NCBI RefSeq assembly: GCF_018977255.1
Contig: NW_024704743.1
Coordinates: 66,590,001 to 66,654,000 of the forward strand
Origin: Callorhinchus milii
Taxonomy: Eukaryota
DNA length: 64,000 bases
Direction of reading: 5' to 3'
This document shows, piece after piece, positions 12,101 through 24,435 of the stretch. Position 1 is the first letter of the stretch; every line of letters begins with the position of its first letter. Position numbers and translations under genes: made by a program. The notes beneath the pieces are model-generated. The model worked only from the letters and a program-made list of their open reading frames with translations. It had not been told where the DNA came from and did not search any database.

Positions 12101-13290
12101 CACAAGATCGGTTCAGACGAGGAAGGCCCTTCGACCCATTTGATATCATCTTATTGATCTCCCCATCGCAGTATCAAGCTGTTTTTCTTAAATGAGGCCA
12201 GCATCAAACATCCTATCCGGTAACCTGTTCCAATCATTAATTACTGCCTGAGAAAATAAATATTTCCAGGTATCTGTCCTGAAATTGCCTTTACAACTCT
12301 AAACCTAGATCAACTTGTCTCTTTGCATCCTAAAAATTTGTTTTGGGTTTACTTTTTCAATTTCATTTAAAATGTTATACACTTCTAGAAGGTCTCCTCT
12401 GAGATGCCTTCTTTCAAGACTGAAGAGCCCTAGCTTGTCTAATTGTTGCTCATTCCTCTAAAATTAGAGATCATTCTTGGTGTTCTCACACTTTTCATGC
12501 TGAGCTGTGTTACTCACTTGTAAGGGAATCCCCAGTACCTGCCATCCAGAGTAAAGGGTCAAACCCACATTTATCGGATATCAAACAACCAACTAGTGAC
12601 TATCCTTCTTGGGGAAGGGGGAAGGTAAGCAGGGTCTCCCTGTAACTGAACTGGCTTCAAAGTAACGTGTTTGGCAACAAGATGTCAGAATCAAGCCAAT
12701 CCTTTGTGGTAGTATCTATGACTGCTTAATAACAGCTGAGCTAGCGTGGTTCATCCCACTCTGCCCATTCAGCTCCCATTAATCTGGCCAAATCCCAAAT
12801 GGAAGGATGGTCCTAGCTGGACAAGCATCGGGAAAGTTTGCGAGATAGTGCTTTCAATGAAAAGCATTGAAGTTGTAGCTGGTTAGACTTCAGCAGTACC
12901 CTAACGCAACCTCTGGGGTCCCCAAGCCTCGGTTCTTGAAACCTGCATCTAATACTCTTAATACCTAGTTAAGTAGGATGCATCCTTCCAGGGAGAGAGT
13001 GCAAATTCCAGTCCAATAAATGCCTCTGGGATTTCCATACGTAGGTGGGATGCATGGAACTCTCAGTTTGGTTTGGATACTCTTAAGCATTGTGATGGAT
13101 TTCCGTAAGTGTCAGACTATCAACTGGACTGCCTCTAGGGCCTGGATAACCTTTCTATATTGCAGCAACCAGAATTGAATGCAGTATTCTAGGTGATCTG
13201 ACCAGAGCATTTTAGAGCTTGTTTATGATTTCTGGGGATTGGAACTCAACTGATTTGGTAAAACAGCCCAGCATGTTGTTTGGCTTATTA
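12101..13290 (-). mobile_element. CR1 LINE 3' fragment split by an insertion at about 12495-13120
   Basis: Minus strand encodes degenerate NMLG..ALVR..LEYCIQFW..ALEAVQ, then after the insert RMI..KLGLFSLERRHLRGDLLEVY and a CR1 3' UTR. Confidence 0.75.
12495..13120 (-). repeat. Unclassified interspersed repeat, copy B, inserted in CR1
   Basis: Homologous to 7860-8440 and interrupts the CR1 coding sequence. Confidence 0.65.
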
Positions 13291-13677
13291 TTTCTGCCTT
13301 TGCCATTTTAGCTGCTGTACATTGTCAGTAAATATTGTTTTTACTCTATGTTGCATTTATTAATATTATAATAATGATATACACACATTTAACAAAAGAA
13401 AATTTATACTGCCAATGCTCCTATCTCTGGAATTTCCATGTGTAGGATGCTTAGAACTATCAGTTTGGTTTGGATACGCTGAAGCATGGCGATGGGTTTC
13501 CACATGGATCAGAAGGTTATTTGCTGATTTAAAGCTACTAATTTGGAGTTACAATTAAGTTCAGGTCTACATTTGCAATTGTCCTTGAAATCCAGTTTCC
13601 TATTTGCTTTAGTCTGGTAAGAAGCCAGCTGAATGGGAGAAATGGCTGTGGGAAATTCAGAGTTCGGGAGCAGTGAG

Positions 13678-13790
13678 ATAATAATAATCCTTGCATTTGA
13701 TATAGTACCTTAAGACATTGTTGGGCGGTCTCAAAGTGCTTCACAGAATATACAGCAAAGTGAATTGACTGTATATTTTGTGGGCAAAAC
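13678..13790 (-). mobile_element. SINE 3' tail fragment
   Basis: ataataatccttgcatttgatatag...gtgaattgactgtatattttgtgggc. Confidence 0.75.
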
Positions 13791-14378
13791 AATATATTTT
13801 GAAATGAATAAAAGTAGGTCCTTAATTAGCAAGGACTTGCGACAAATGTAGTCCAGGCTGACACGGCAATGCTAATTAAGACAAGCGCAAATGATACCGC
13901 AATACAAATGAAACTTCAAAGTATATTGTACAATACCATAAAATTAAGCCTTAGACTATTTTCCAGTTTCTCATTAGCTTTTCATTAGGACTAAAATGTA
14001 TGATACCTTGCAGTAAACAATAACAGCCTTTCAGCTGAAAATCACATGCTGTGTTTTCCATTATGTTCCTCATCTAACAATTTAGAAGACCCAATATGTT
14101 AGTCATACAATAATTTGCCCCTACTGTTATATTGCTGATACTCAATTTTTGGAATAATTTGTTGTGTGATTTTATTGCCATTTCTTTATTCCTTGAAAAT
14201 TAAGGCAATCATCATGACTGCTTGGCTACTCTCAAGTTATTACAATTTCATTACATTTATAAATTTAAATTTATAACTTATTTTTGACATAAAAAAACAT
14301 AACTCATAAAAAATATACTGTACTTTAAAAAGTATCACCAGACCTACATTAGGCGCATAACACTTATATTGGTTTAAA

Positions 14379-14650
14379 AATCATAGAATCATAGAAATGT
14401 ACAATGCAGGAGGAAGCCATTTGGCCTATTGAGTCTGTCCTAGCTATCAGAGCAAGGTATTCATTCAATTCAATTGCTCTGTCTAATCCCCATATCCCGT
14501 CAAGCCTGTATTTTTGATATACTTGTCCATTTCCCTCTTGAAAGCCCCAATGGACTCTGCCTCTACGGTCTCATTTAGCAGGGTATTCCACTTCCTAACA
14601 ATTCTCTGAGTGAGAACATTTCTCCTGAAATCTTCTAAATGTGACCTATT
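14379..14650 (-). mobile_element. CR1 LINE 3' end
   Basis: Translates FRRNVLTQRIVRKWNTLLNETVEAESIGAFKREMDKY; (ATTCTATG)n terminus. Confidence 0.8.
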
Positions 14651-15876
14651 TTGATTTATGTCATTCCTAACAAGACACACAGCTTGGTATATTTTAATGA
14701 GCCTGTAGACTGTATCACTCTGGCAGATCATAAATGTTGCTATCAGTACTCCTCTGATATTGATATCTCTAGTTTCAGATGTACATTTCATAAGCTTCAC
14801 TATCACTTGCAAGCTGTAGTTATTTTAAAGAGGTGTTGTGATGTGCCAGATCTAAAGTAAGGCTTTAAAACGTATGTGAAAATCAACATCAAATGCAAGT
14901 TGGCTATAAATTGAACGAAATTCATTCTTTGCAAATTAACTTTCTGTATATTGTAATAGTTGGATTAAAAAAAATTCTTTCTTTTAAATTTTTTTTAAAG
15001 TTAATTTCTCATATTTTTCTTCTCTGGAAAGATTGTGTTCAGGTGACCTTCTATCATGTATCCAGGAATGTTACGTTGTAAGGAATCCAAAATAGTCATG
15101 TACTCAATTCCCTTCCCTGGCTGGGATATAGAAAAATTGTATATTTGAATGTATATATGCTCTGCTTGTTTGTGAGTATACCAAATGCACTACCTGCTAC
15201 ACCATAATAACCACCAGCATTTCCACACGTACATCTCTCAATGGCATGGATTAAAAGACAGAGATATGTGTGCAGAAATGCTGAATGCTGGGAAGGATTA
15301 TTGGCATAACTATGAGCATACTGTGCAAAACACATATCAAACTGCTAGGTATGCAGATACATTAACATAACTTATCGTCTTATTAGCTACAAAAAGAACT
15401 ATTTCTCACACGTCAGATTCTCTATGAAGGGGAAGATAATTCAGCAACTTACTGCTGCTCCACCGCAGCGGATTGTGGGAAGGCTCAAGGTTGCTTTCAG
15501 TAAGAAATGAAAACATCTGAAATGTTATTCAAGATCGTTTTCCAAACTTGTATCGCTTTTTCAAGCTGGTATTTCAAGGCAGTCAATATTTTAAAGATCT
15601 CAAAAGTTGTATCAGAGAGCACATTTCAGAACGTTCGTAGTGATTCAGACCATTGTTTTATATTTATATCTGTTGTGCCTTCTTAATTTTGGCTCAAAAT
15701 TGAATTGAAATGAACACTTTTGAACGAGGTATGATTTTTGATAACTAAAATTTAAGGTATTAAATGTAATTGTTTAAAAGTACTATTTTAGCTGAAGATT
15801 ACACGGAACCAGCTCTGGCTATCTCTGACACCTATTTCACCTTGTATCCAGTGTGATTTTTGAATTTTGGGAATTT

Positions 15877-15920
<44 letters not shown>

Positions 15921-15969
15921 TACATACATACATACATACATACATACATACATACATACATACATACAT
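15877..15969. repeat. Compound (CA)n/(TACA)n microsatellite
   Basis: Seen directly. Confidence 0.95.
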
Positions 15970-16179
15970 AATAATCCCTCCAAAACCAAAAACAATAATA
16001 AATTGGTCATTTTCAATCTACGACTGTTTGTGGGACATTGCTGTGCGCAATTGGCTGCCGCGTTCGCCCACAAATATACAGTCAATTCACTTTACAGTGT
16101 GTTCTGTGAAGCGCTTTGGGACGTCCTCCCGACGTGAAAAGCGCTATATCAAATACAAGGATTATTATTATTATTATTA
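15969..16179 (+). mobile_element. Young SINE lacking the tRNA head
   Basis: Near-identical to the 3' two-thirds of 53942-54262. Confidence 0.9.
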
Positions 16180-17419
16180 CTGTATACAACATTTATTTAA
16201 TATATAAAATGCATCATACAACTCATTAAAAAAAAGTCATTACAATTTTTTATATGTCTCCTTTCCAAATGCAATAAGGGGGACACATAATACATTCACA
16301 CAGAATATTCTGTTTACTTCATGGTCTCTGTTAACGGAATACTTATGCCGCTGCTTACCAACCTGTGTTAATCACTAACCTTTGTCTTATGCTTCTTATA
16401 TGCTATACTAAACTATCTGTTGTCTTTGGGCGGGACGAAAAAGGGTCTCATTGGGACTGTGAGTGACATGTCTGGCAATGGAAAAGCAGAATCAAGACAA
16501 CCCTCTGTGGCGGTTTTGGTCATCTGGTTTCTATGTATGTGTATGTGGGAGGGTTGTCTCCAGCACACCCAGGAGCAGACAGTGTGTTAATTATCATCAG
16601 CTCATATTTTTATCTAATGTAAAGATTGATTAACTCCACCAGTGTTATAGATTGCACATTATACATTTCACCAGTCTCTTTTTATCTTATTAAAACCATT
16701 TAAACCTCTATTAGGTTGCTCCCACTCTTCTTCTGTTACAACAAAAAAACTTTTCCAGATCACCATAACCTCTCATTTATGATCTTATGACAGTGATTCT
16801 CCATGCCTTGATATACTTTCTATAATAAAGTGCCCAAAACTTGACAAAATGCCCAGTATAATCCTTTAATTCACTGCTATTAAATGTAATTTATGTTTGC
16901 TTAACATTTTAACTGTTTTTTTTCAACAGCTTTGCTCAGGAATAAAAACGTATTGCATTAAACATACTGAAATATTTCCCTTTAAAGATTCATTTTTTTG
17001 CCAAGAGTAAAACCACTTTTTTTCTTTGTGGGTTACTGATCATCTCATTTATAATTGTTGCCATTTTTACTTTTTAAAGTTTGCATATACTGCGAATGTT
17101 ACAATATGAGGCAGACAAAACTTTATGTGAATTTCAAATGTTCAGATTTGTAAACTAGAATTGAGGAAACATATAGTATTGCTCTGTTTATAACATTAGC
17201 AGGATTATTATCAATAAGAATAATGATTCTTGTATTTGACATAGCCCTCATGTCATCGAGATGTCTCACAGTGCTTCACAAAATTTTCCTGTGAAGTGCA
17301 ATTATTATGTATTTGCAGGCAACATGGCAGCCAATTTGTACACAGCAATGTCCCACAAACAGCCAATGAAGTTAGTGACTAATTTCATTGTTGGCCATCA
17401 CACCAGGAGAAACTCCCTT

Positions 17420-17645
17420 CTCCAGTGACTGGTCGTCCTTTTCAGGTCCTGCCGTTGATCCAGGCTGGCTGTGCTGTTATCAGCAGTGCCCTTGGAATAC
17501 TATGGACCGGCCTGGCTCAGGTACAGCTACAGAGACCGCCACTGAGGCCTGGCTCGATTCCGACATTCACCGTGGAGTCAATTCAGCTTGTTACAACAAG
17601 CTCCAAGGAGACCCCGCTTACCTTCCCCCACCCTACATGGTAGCT
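17420..17645 (+). repeat. Unclassified interspersed repeat, partial copy
   Basis: ccagtgactg...ccaggctggct...ggagaccccgcttaccttcccc, matching 8248-8440. Confidence 0.55.
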
Positions 17646-18365
17646 GAAATACTCTCATGATTCGCAAAGAGTTAAACTAACAATAAAAATAATAACATAT
17701 TCTAAATCTTGTGTTCAAAATCAAATATAGCTCCTGTATCTAAAATCAAAATATTGTTCATTGGTTATTGAAAAAGTAAATTTTTGCAAGCTAAGTGCTC
17801 ATTAATATGTAACAATTGTACAAAGCATAAGTTATTAGCATAATCAAATTCATAATCAAAGAGATGGTTGGTGAAGTACAATACATTTTTTAAAAAAATA
17901 TATTCAAAGAGAGATTTATATGGGGAATGAGCAGTAACATGTATTTCACAGATCAATGGATCCAGCTCAGCTATAAATAAATAATGATTAACTTTCAAAT
18001 AGTTTTTTTTCTGTTTCTGTTGAATACTTTAGTTAGGAGGTCAATGCATATTTGGTAGAATTGTTTTGAAAAAGTTAGTGAACTTAAAAGTATAAGGAAG
18101 CTGGTGTAACATCAGTTGATCATTAAGCCAGAGGGCCAATGTGAGCCTTATCATTTTAATGGTTATTTCAATTCAGTTCCCTCATGCTGCCTGGCTCAGT
18201 AAATTCTTCAAGACAATCCTTTCAATTATTTCCAGTTATAACAAGCTCAACCCAAAAAAATCCCCCAAAATGAGCAGAAATAGAAATTTGATAGAAATTG
18301 GTGTCGAAATTCAGAGTAATGAATCTCCTAACGATCAGTTGGCACATCTACTGTGGTATCCTACT

Positions 18366-18680
18366 ATAAATAATCCTTGCATTTGATATAGCGCTTTTCA
18401 CGTCGGGAGGACGTCCCATAGCGCTTCACAGAACACACTGGAAAGTGAATTGACTGTATATTTGTGGGCGAACGCGGCAGCCAATTGCGCACAGCAATGT
18501 CCCACAAACAGTCGTAGATTGAAAATGACCAATTTATTATTGTTTTTTTGATTTTTTGGAGGGATTATTATTAGGCGTGTGGAGTAAGGAAACTTGCCCA
18601 AGGTTTCACCCTGTCTGGAATTGAACTCGGGTCTCTGGCTTGCAAAGCGAGTGCTCTAACCACTGAGCTACAGGACTCCA
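18366..18680 (-). mobile_element. Young tRNA-derived SINE, full length
   Basis: Reverse complement of the consensus from tggagtcctgtagctcagtgg to the tail. Confidence 0.92.
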
Positions 18681-18846
18681 AACTGAACCAGTGGGGGTTT
18701 CTGCTTCTTGCTGAGTGAGTTAAGTTAACATATGACAACAGCTTGCACTTATAAAACATTTTTCACATTGGATGACCGCCTCAAAGACAATAGGGAGCTT
18801 GGAGGAGGGATGAAAGAAGGACAATTAGCGGTATTGACTAAAGGCA

Positions 18847-19175
18847 TGGAGTCCTGTAGCTCCGGGGTTAGACTACTCGGCTTGATTCCAGTAGGGGCGA
18901 TATTTTAGGCAAGTTCCTTTATTCCACACGCCTCTGTTTACCTACCAGTAAGTTACCTGGTTATTGGTCAATTGACGTATTGCTTTCCAGGGATGATCTT
19001 GAAAAAAAAAATGTGGTCACTCAATCCATGAGTGTTGGGACACTCTGTCTGTAAATGGCTGCTGTGTTTCACCAACAAATTACATATTGTCGATCCATTT
19101 TACAGTATATTCTGTGAAGCGCCTTTTAGACGTCTCAACAATTTGATAAGGCACTATATCGAATGTGAGGGTTAT
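18847..19175 (+). mobile_element. Older long-form SINE
   Basis: Same head and tail plus an extra internal segment ctgtttacctaccagtaag...gctttccaggg. Confidence 0.8.
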
Positions 19176-20273
19176 TTAAAGTATTGAGAGGTTGATGTAC
19201 AACTTTGAGAAAGAGCAAGGTTAATGGATTTTTGGATAGAGCTTTACTGCTGCTTTAAGTAGACTTTTAAAAAAAAAATTAAGTTTAATTTTAATGACAG
19301 CATCAAAGCTATCATGTAGTACTTCATTCAACATTCTTCTGCCAAACTAAGACCATTAAAAGTTATGTGAATAATGCTGAATTATTTCAATCTTTTAAAT
19401 TGTAAAATAAGTTAACTCTGTATAAACCTAAATAAAAAGTTACACTTAAGTTGACATCATGTTACTATCTAAGACTTAATGGTCTAGGAACTTTTATACT
19501 TTTATTGAATCATGTCCTAATCATTAGGTTAATCATACACATGGTTCAGTTTGTCTATGTAATATAAAATACAAATACCGAACATAAAATAAAGTCATTG
19601 CCTACCATTTTTACAAATTGACTACTGTGTCTACAAAATACACAAGTCACTATGCTTTCCAGTAAAATCCTGTGAAGTGCTTTGAAGTGTCCTCCCTACA
19701 TGAAAAGTTCTGCTATAAATGCAGCACAAACTCTAAATTGTGTTGTAGATTTCTATGGTTCTATAAAATTGGCTATTTCAAATGCAAGCATTATTTTGAC
19801 TGTTTAATAAATGATCCCAAGTAAAGCCTTGTTCAATTGGGATTGAAAAGCTGTCACAGGGAAGGTTACAATGTGACTGGGACCTCAACATGGGAAAGCC
19901 CTTGGGACTAAAATGTGAGTCTTACAGGGAACCCAATCAACCTGCAAGCCTTTATCGCCACAGCCATCACAGGTCAGAGCCAAGGCCTGGCAGATTAGCT
20001 GGTCTGCAAGACATAGGGATCCCTGCAGGAGTCATGCTTTCCGCTTGAGATGCTATTTCCTGGTGCAAAAGTGCTATTTACACTGCCACGTTTCTGACGC
20101 GAGCAACAACTATAAACTAGAATTAAAGTATCCAAGTTTAGCCATGGCTTGCGATTTTATAAAACTGAAATTGCAATGCCATCAGCTCTGTCAGTTATAG
20201 TCGTAGCTAACACTCCAGTGGTGTTTTGCATTGTTTGCATCCTTCAGATGACTTCAAACCAAGGTCCCAGCCG

Positions 20274-20740
20274 CCTAAAAAAATGTGGAGGGAAAATCCT
20301 TGCAGCTCTATGGTTCAACAACAGCTGATAGCAGATCTCTGGTTGTGCTGCAGGATGTACAGGTGTAACTTTCAGAAGGTGTTGAAGAGAAGCACAGCCA
20401 TTAACATCCATACGTTGAACCTCACCACCTTCTTCCAACAGCAATTGTATCAGCAAGTCATCACTATTCCACGCAGTCTTATGAACTGAGCATTTACACA
20501 TGCTCTGTGGTCTAATAGTATCCTACACACCAGATGATGGTCTATGCTGTATACCTGATCTTTGATATTAAGGGCCCAGTATATCACAGTAATAAGAGGT
20601 GTTTCCAAATAAATGTTAAGACCATCCACAGCTGCTCCCTGCTTGATATAAAGTTCTACAAGTTCAGGTATGCCAAAGTGGGCAGCTACGTGAAGCAGAG
20701 TAGCTTCAAAGTCATCGTTACTATGAGGTTAACTTTTGAT
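20274..20740 (-). pseudogene. ASB4: Decayed ankyrin-repeat exon of ASB4 (ankyrin repeat and SOCS box protein 4)
   Basis: Polypyrimidine tract and AG acceptor (20742-20741). Translation [72 protein letters not shown] / [66 protein letters not shown] matches my recollection of vertebrate ASB4 ([33 protein letters not shown]), but in different frames. Confidence 0.85.
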
Positions 20741-21009
20741 CTGCCAAAAAAAACAAATGTGAGATCCATTTCTTTAGTTCTACAATAGCACCAACAGTGA
20801 TGGGGGAAGAGAAAATACACCCTCACTGCATCTTAGTGGACAGCGTGACATAAATAGGGTAAATCTGGAGATAGGTGTAATTTCTCCCTAAGTATTATTG
20901 TAATACAGATACTTGTTATTTTTTATTAATTATTATTTGTTAATGTGAATTTTTACTACTAATAATAATATTATATTAATGTTAACACTAATAATATATT
21001 ATTAATAAT

Positions 21010-21272
21010 AATGATAATAATCCCTCAAGAAAAAAGCAATAACAAATTGGTCATTTTCAATCCATGACTGTTTGTAGGATACAATTGGCGCAATTGGTTG
21101 CCGTGTTTCACCCACAAATATACTTTACATTTCACTTTACATTATATTCTGTGAAGCGCTTTGAGATAATAATAGCCATGCTACATTTTCCGAAGCTACA
21201 TGTTGTGCACACATGGAGATGTCTAGAAGACGTGAAAAGCTCTGTATCAAATGCAAGGATAATAATAATAAT
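21010..21272 (+). mobile_element. Headless SINE carrying a 46-bp insertion in its tail
   Basis: SINE body and tail, with the tail interrupted at about 21168-21218. Confidence 0.8.
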
Positions 21273-22059
21273 ACTTGTGGTGCTTGTGTATCCTCATTAT
21301 AGTGTTGGTCCAGCAAAGTGCAGAGCTGGAAACTTATAAAATCAGCCAGTCTAGTAAACAGTCATTTTCCTGAGCTGGCAAATTTCACAATTTCACTTAG
21401 TCTTGGCGCATAAGAATATTTTTTCTTAAAATCCAAGACTTGCAGAATTCTAGAAAAGTCTTGAATTCAGTCTTAAATTGGAAGCCTCTTTTCCATGGTT
21501 GTTAAATAGAGCAGGCTTCCAAGCAAATTTAAGTAGATTTACAAGCAGTTTTAAGAACTCACAATTCTGTACGACCTTATATTTTAAGGCAACCTAAGTC
21601 TAAATGCAACTTTAGGCCTCGATTTTGTGAAGTGTGGTTTGGGTGCTGTTGAGTTTAATTTTTCAGCATAGATTTGAAAACAGCAGTGAAGCTTTCCTGC
21701 CAGTGGGTAGAAAACTGCAATGAAGCCAATTATCGGATAGGCAAATCCAATTAATTCTAGCCATGCTACATTTTCCGAAGCTACATGTTGTGCACACATG
21801 GAGGTATAAGTTTTGATTGGAATTTTTAACTGACAAGTTCTGCCAAAGGGTTATGCCCGACACCTCTATGCCTCTCCTTCACTTCAGGAGTGATCTGCTG
21901 TGAATTTGTAACTCTTCTGTTTTTGTCGTGAATTTTCAATATCTGCTGTTTCCTTTTCTATTTTAAAAAGGTTCACTTCATTCAAGAAAGGTTCACTCGG
22001 ATTAGAAAAATAAACATGACATTATTATTTTAAAATATTTTGAATTGTATAGGTGGCGT

Positions 22060-22260
22060 ACATCGAACTGGTTTGGATATTTAAGCACAGTGATGGGTTT
22101 TGACATGTATCCCATCCTCGTTGCTATCCACTGCACTGTCTCTAGGGACTGAGCTCCCTTATATTGCAGTGACCCTTACAGTATGCAGTACTATAGGTAT
22201 GCCTGACCAAAGTACAATACAGCTGAGTATGGCTTCTGGGGATCTAAACTCAACTGATGT
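22060..22260 (-). mobile_element. CR1 fragment joined to the 5' part of the unclassified repeat
   Basis: Minus strand: CR1 ...SLETVQWIATRM, then acatgtcaaaacccatcactgtgcttaaatatccaaacc. Confidence 0.55.
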
Positions 22261-23394
22261 ACAACAATAACAACTTGCATTTACGTCCTTCACGAGGGGT
22301 AGAATCAAAAAGCACTTTAAACAATATATCCCATCATTCTATTTGCCTTATGCTGTTTGCACCATAGTTTTGCCCACAAATATAGAGTCAATTCACTTTA
22401 CAGTATATTCTGTAAAGCGCTTTGAGACACCTCGAAGATGTGATAAGGCACTATATCAAATGCAAGGATTATTATTATTATTAAAGTGAGCCATGAATTA
22501 AACTAACACCCAAAGATGGAGTTAAAATCTGCCTGAAATCTATGTAATACTGTTATTTCCTGTGTTACTTCCCTACTCATTTGCTTTTCTTTAACCCAGT
22601 TCTTGTCACCTCTATCATCAGTCTCAGCCTCCAGCTCCCCAGCGTGCATCTCTTCCAGCTGGTCTCCTGTAGTGAATATACTACTAGACATGTATCATTT
22701 AAGAGGTTTTCACACTCATCGACCCCATGAGCACACAACCCATTTCCCCTAACTCTACTGTTATTCTTTTTCAGTTCCTTAATTAGTAAACTGTGTTCCC
22801 AAATATAGCCATGTCGGAACTCCTCATCTCTGACAATTCTGCACATTTCACACCACAAACAAACCATTGCCTCTCACATCCATTGCCTAGTGCAGCTGGG
22901 TCCTGACTTAATTTTATTTTAACCTTTTCTCAACCTTAAAATATCCTTCATCTGACTCACAAAGAAAAACAGCTTCCGTCAAAGCAATCTGTTGATTCTG
23001 CTGAATCAAACTGTTTTTTTCCTGAATCTGGCATTTTTTCTGCAAAGCATGAATGTTGATTCTTAATTGATTGATTAATATGATTTCAGCACTCAAAGAT
23101 GCTATTCTGCCTGAAGGGCACAATATAAATGCAAGTAGTTGTTATTTCACTGAGTGCATAATTCCAAGAGTGAGAGGTTAGAATTATAATAATAATACTT
23201 ATGTTTGGTTTTTCACATCAAGCGGACCTCCCAAAGCATCACAGGATATACTGTAAAGCGGGTGGGTTACTTTGTGGGTGAACACGGCAATTTTGTGCAC
23301 AGCAATATCCCTCAAATGGCCATGAAATGAGTGACAAATTTTATTTGGGGAATTGTTGGCCAGGACACTGGGAGAAACAGGATGGATTCCCAGA

Positions 23395-23600
23395 GAGCGA
23401 GAGCAGAATTTCCAAAAGCCTGCCTGTTGATGATGCAGCAGATAGGACGGAGGACATGAAACAAAAGTAAAGGAGCAGCCAGGTTGGTAAGGTTGAAGGC
23501 AGTTACAGAGGTATGGTGGGGAAAGACAGTGAAAGGATTTGACTGTGAGAACCAAGATTTTGAACTTGATCCAATGTGGATGGGATAATCTGGTTCTGAA
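23395..23600 (-). mobile_element. L2 LINE fragment
   Basis: WIKFKILVLTVKSFHCLSPPYL. Confidence 0.7.
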
Positions 23601-23899
23601 AACCATTTATAGTGAAAGCGTTTCCTGGTTATGGAAGTACTGGACATGCTATAAATTATCTTTGTGTGATTTCAGCAAAAAGGACAAGTGATTATCTTGG
23701 CATTATTTTATATTGCAATATACAATGTACTTTTATATAGCGACATTCTCATGATGGTGGGGGAATGCTTCATAGTGCTTTACACAAATGTCTGGGCTTC
23801 TGGGGATGGGGAGGAACAGCTGAGGGGAGGTGGGGAATAACCTGTAGCACAGTCAAAAAGTAAGTCTTGAGATGGGCTTTGAAAAAGGGAAGGGACTTT

Positions 23900-24435
23900 G
23901 AGAACCTCATTTTTAGCTTGAAATGCCTCAACACCCTTGCTTTACCCTACCTTTGTGATCTCCGGCAGTCCTATTCCCCTGTGCATAGGACCTCCTACCT
24001 CTGTGACTTTCTAACCCTCTTCTAACTTGCCCACTCCCTCCACTCAATGGGCTCCAGCCCGCTTCATGTCCCTCACCTCACCCTCCCCACCATTGGCGGG
24101 CAGGCCTTAAGTCACTGTGCCCACACCCTCTGGAACTCCATCCCGCAGTCCCTCCGCCTCATCCCCTGCCTTATCTCCTTCAAGATCCATCTTAAGACAA
24201 CAACAACAACAACAAGATTCCATTTATAGAGCACCTTTCACGTCAGGAGGACGTCCCAAGGCGCTTCGACCATGCTTTCAATCACCCTCCTTCCCTCCCC
24301 TGCCCTCCACCCTCCCCGATTCCGACCCCCAGCTCAGATCTGAAACATTGATTGTCCAGTACCTTGGGACTTCCTCCCGGCATGAAAGGTGCTTTAAGAT
24401 GTATTTTTGTTGTTGTTGTTTTTGTTGTTGTTGTT
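23900..24435 (+). mobile_element. L2 3' fragment with a nested inverted L2 tail (about 24199-24267)
   Basis: PTIGGQALSHCAHTLWNSIP, (TTG)n end, and an internal (CAA)n plus reverse stem-loop tail. Confidence 0.75.

Noticed and set aside
21584..21863. ASB4 upstream exon (LHVCTT / QHVASE / KLHCC resemble ankyrin motifs)
   Set aside because: The matches are short, out of order and in different frames, with no consistent alignment or splice sites.
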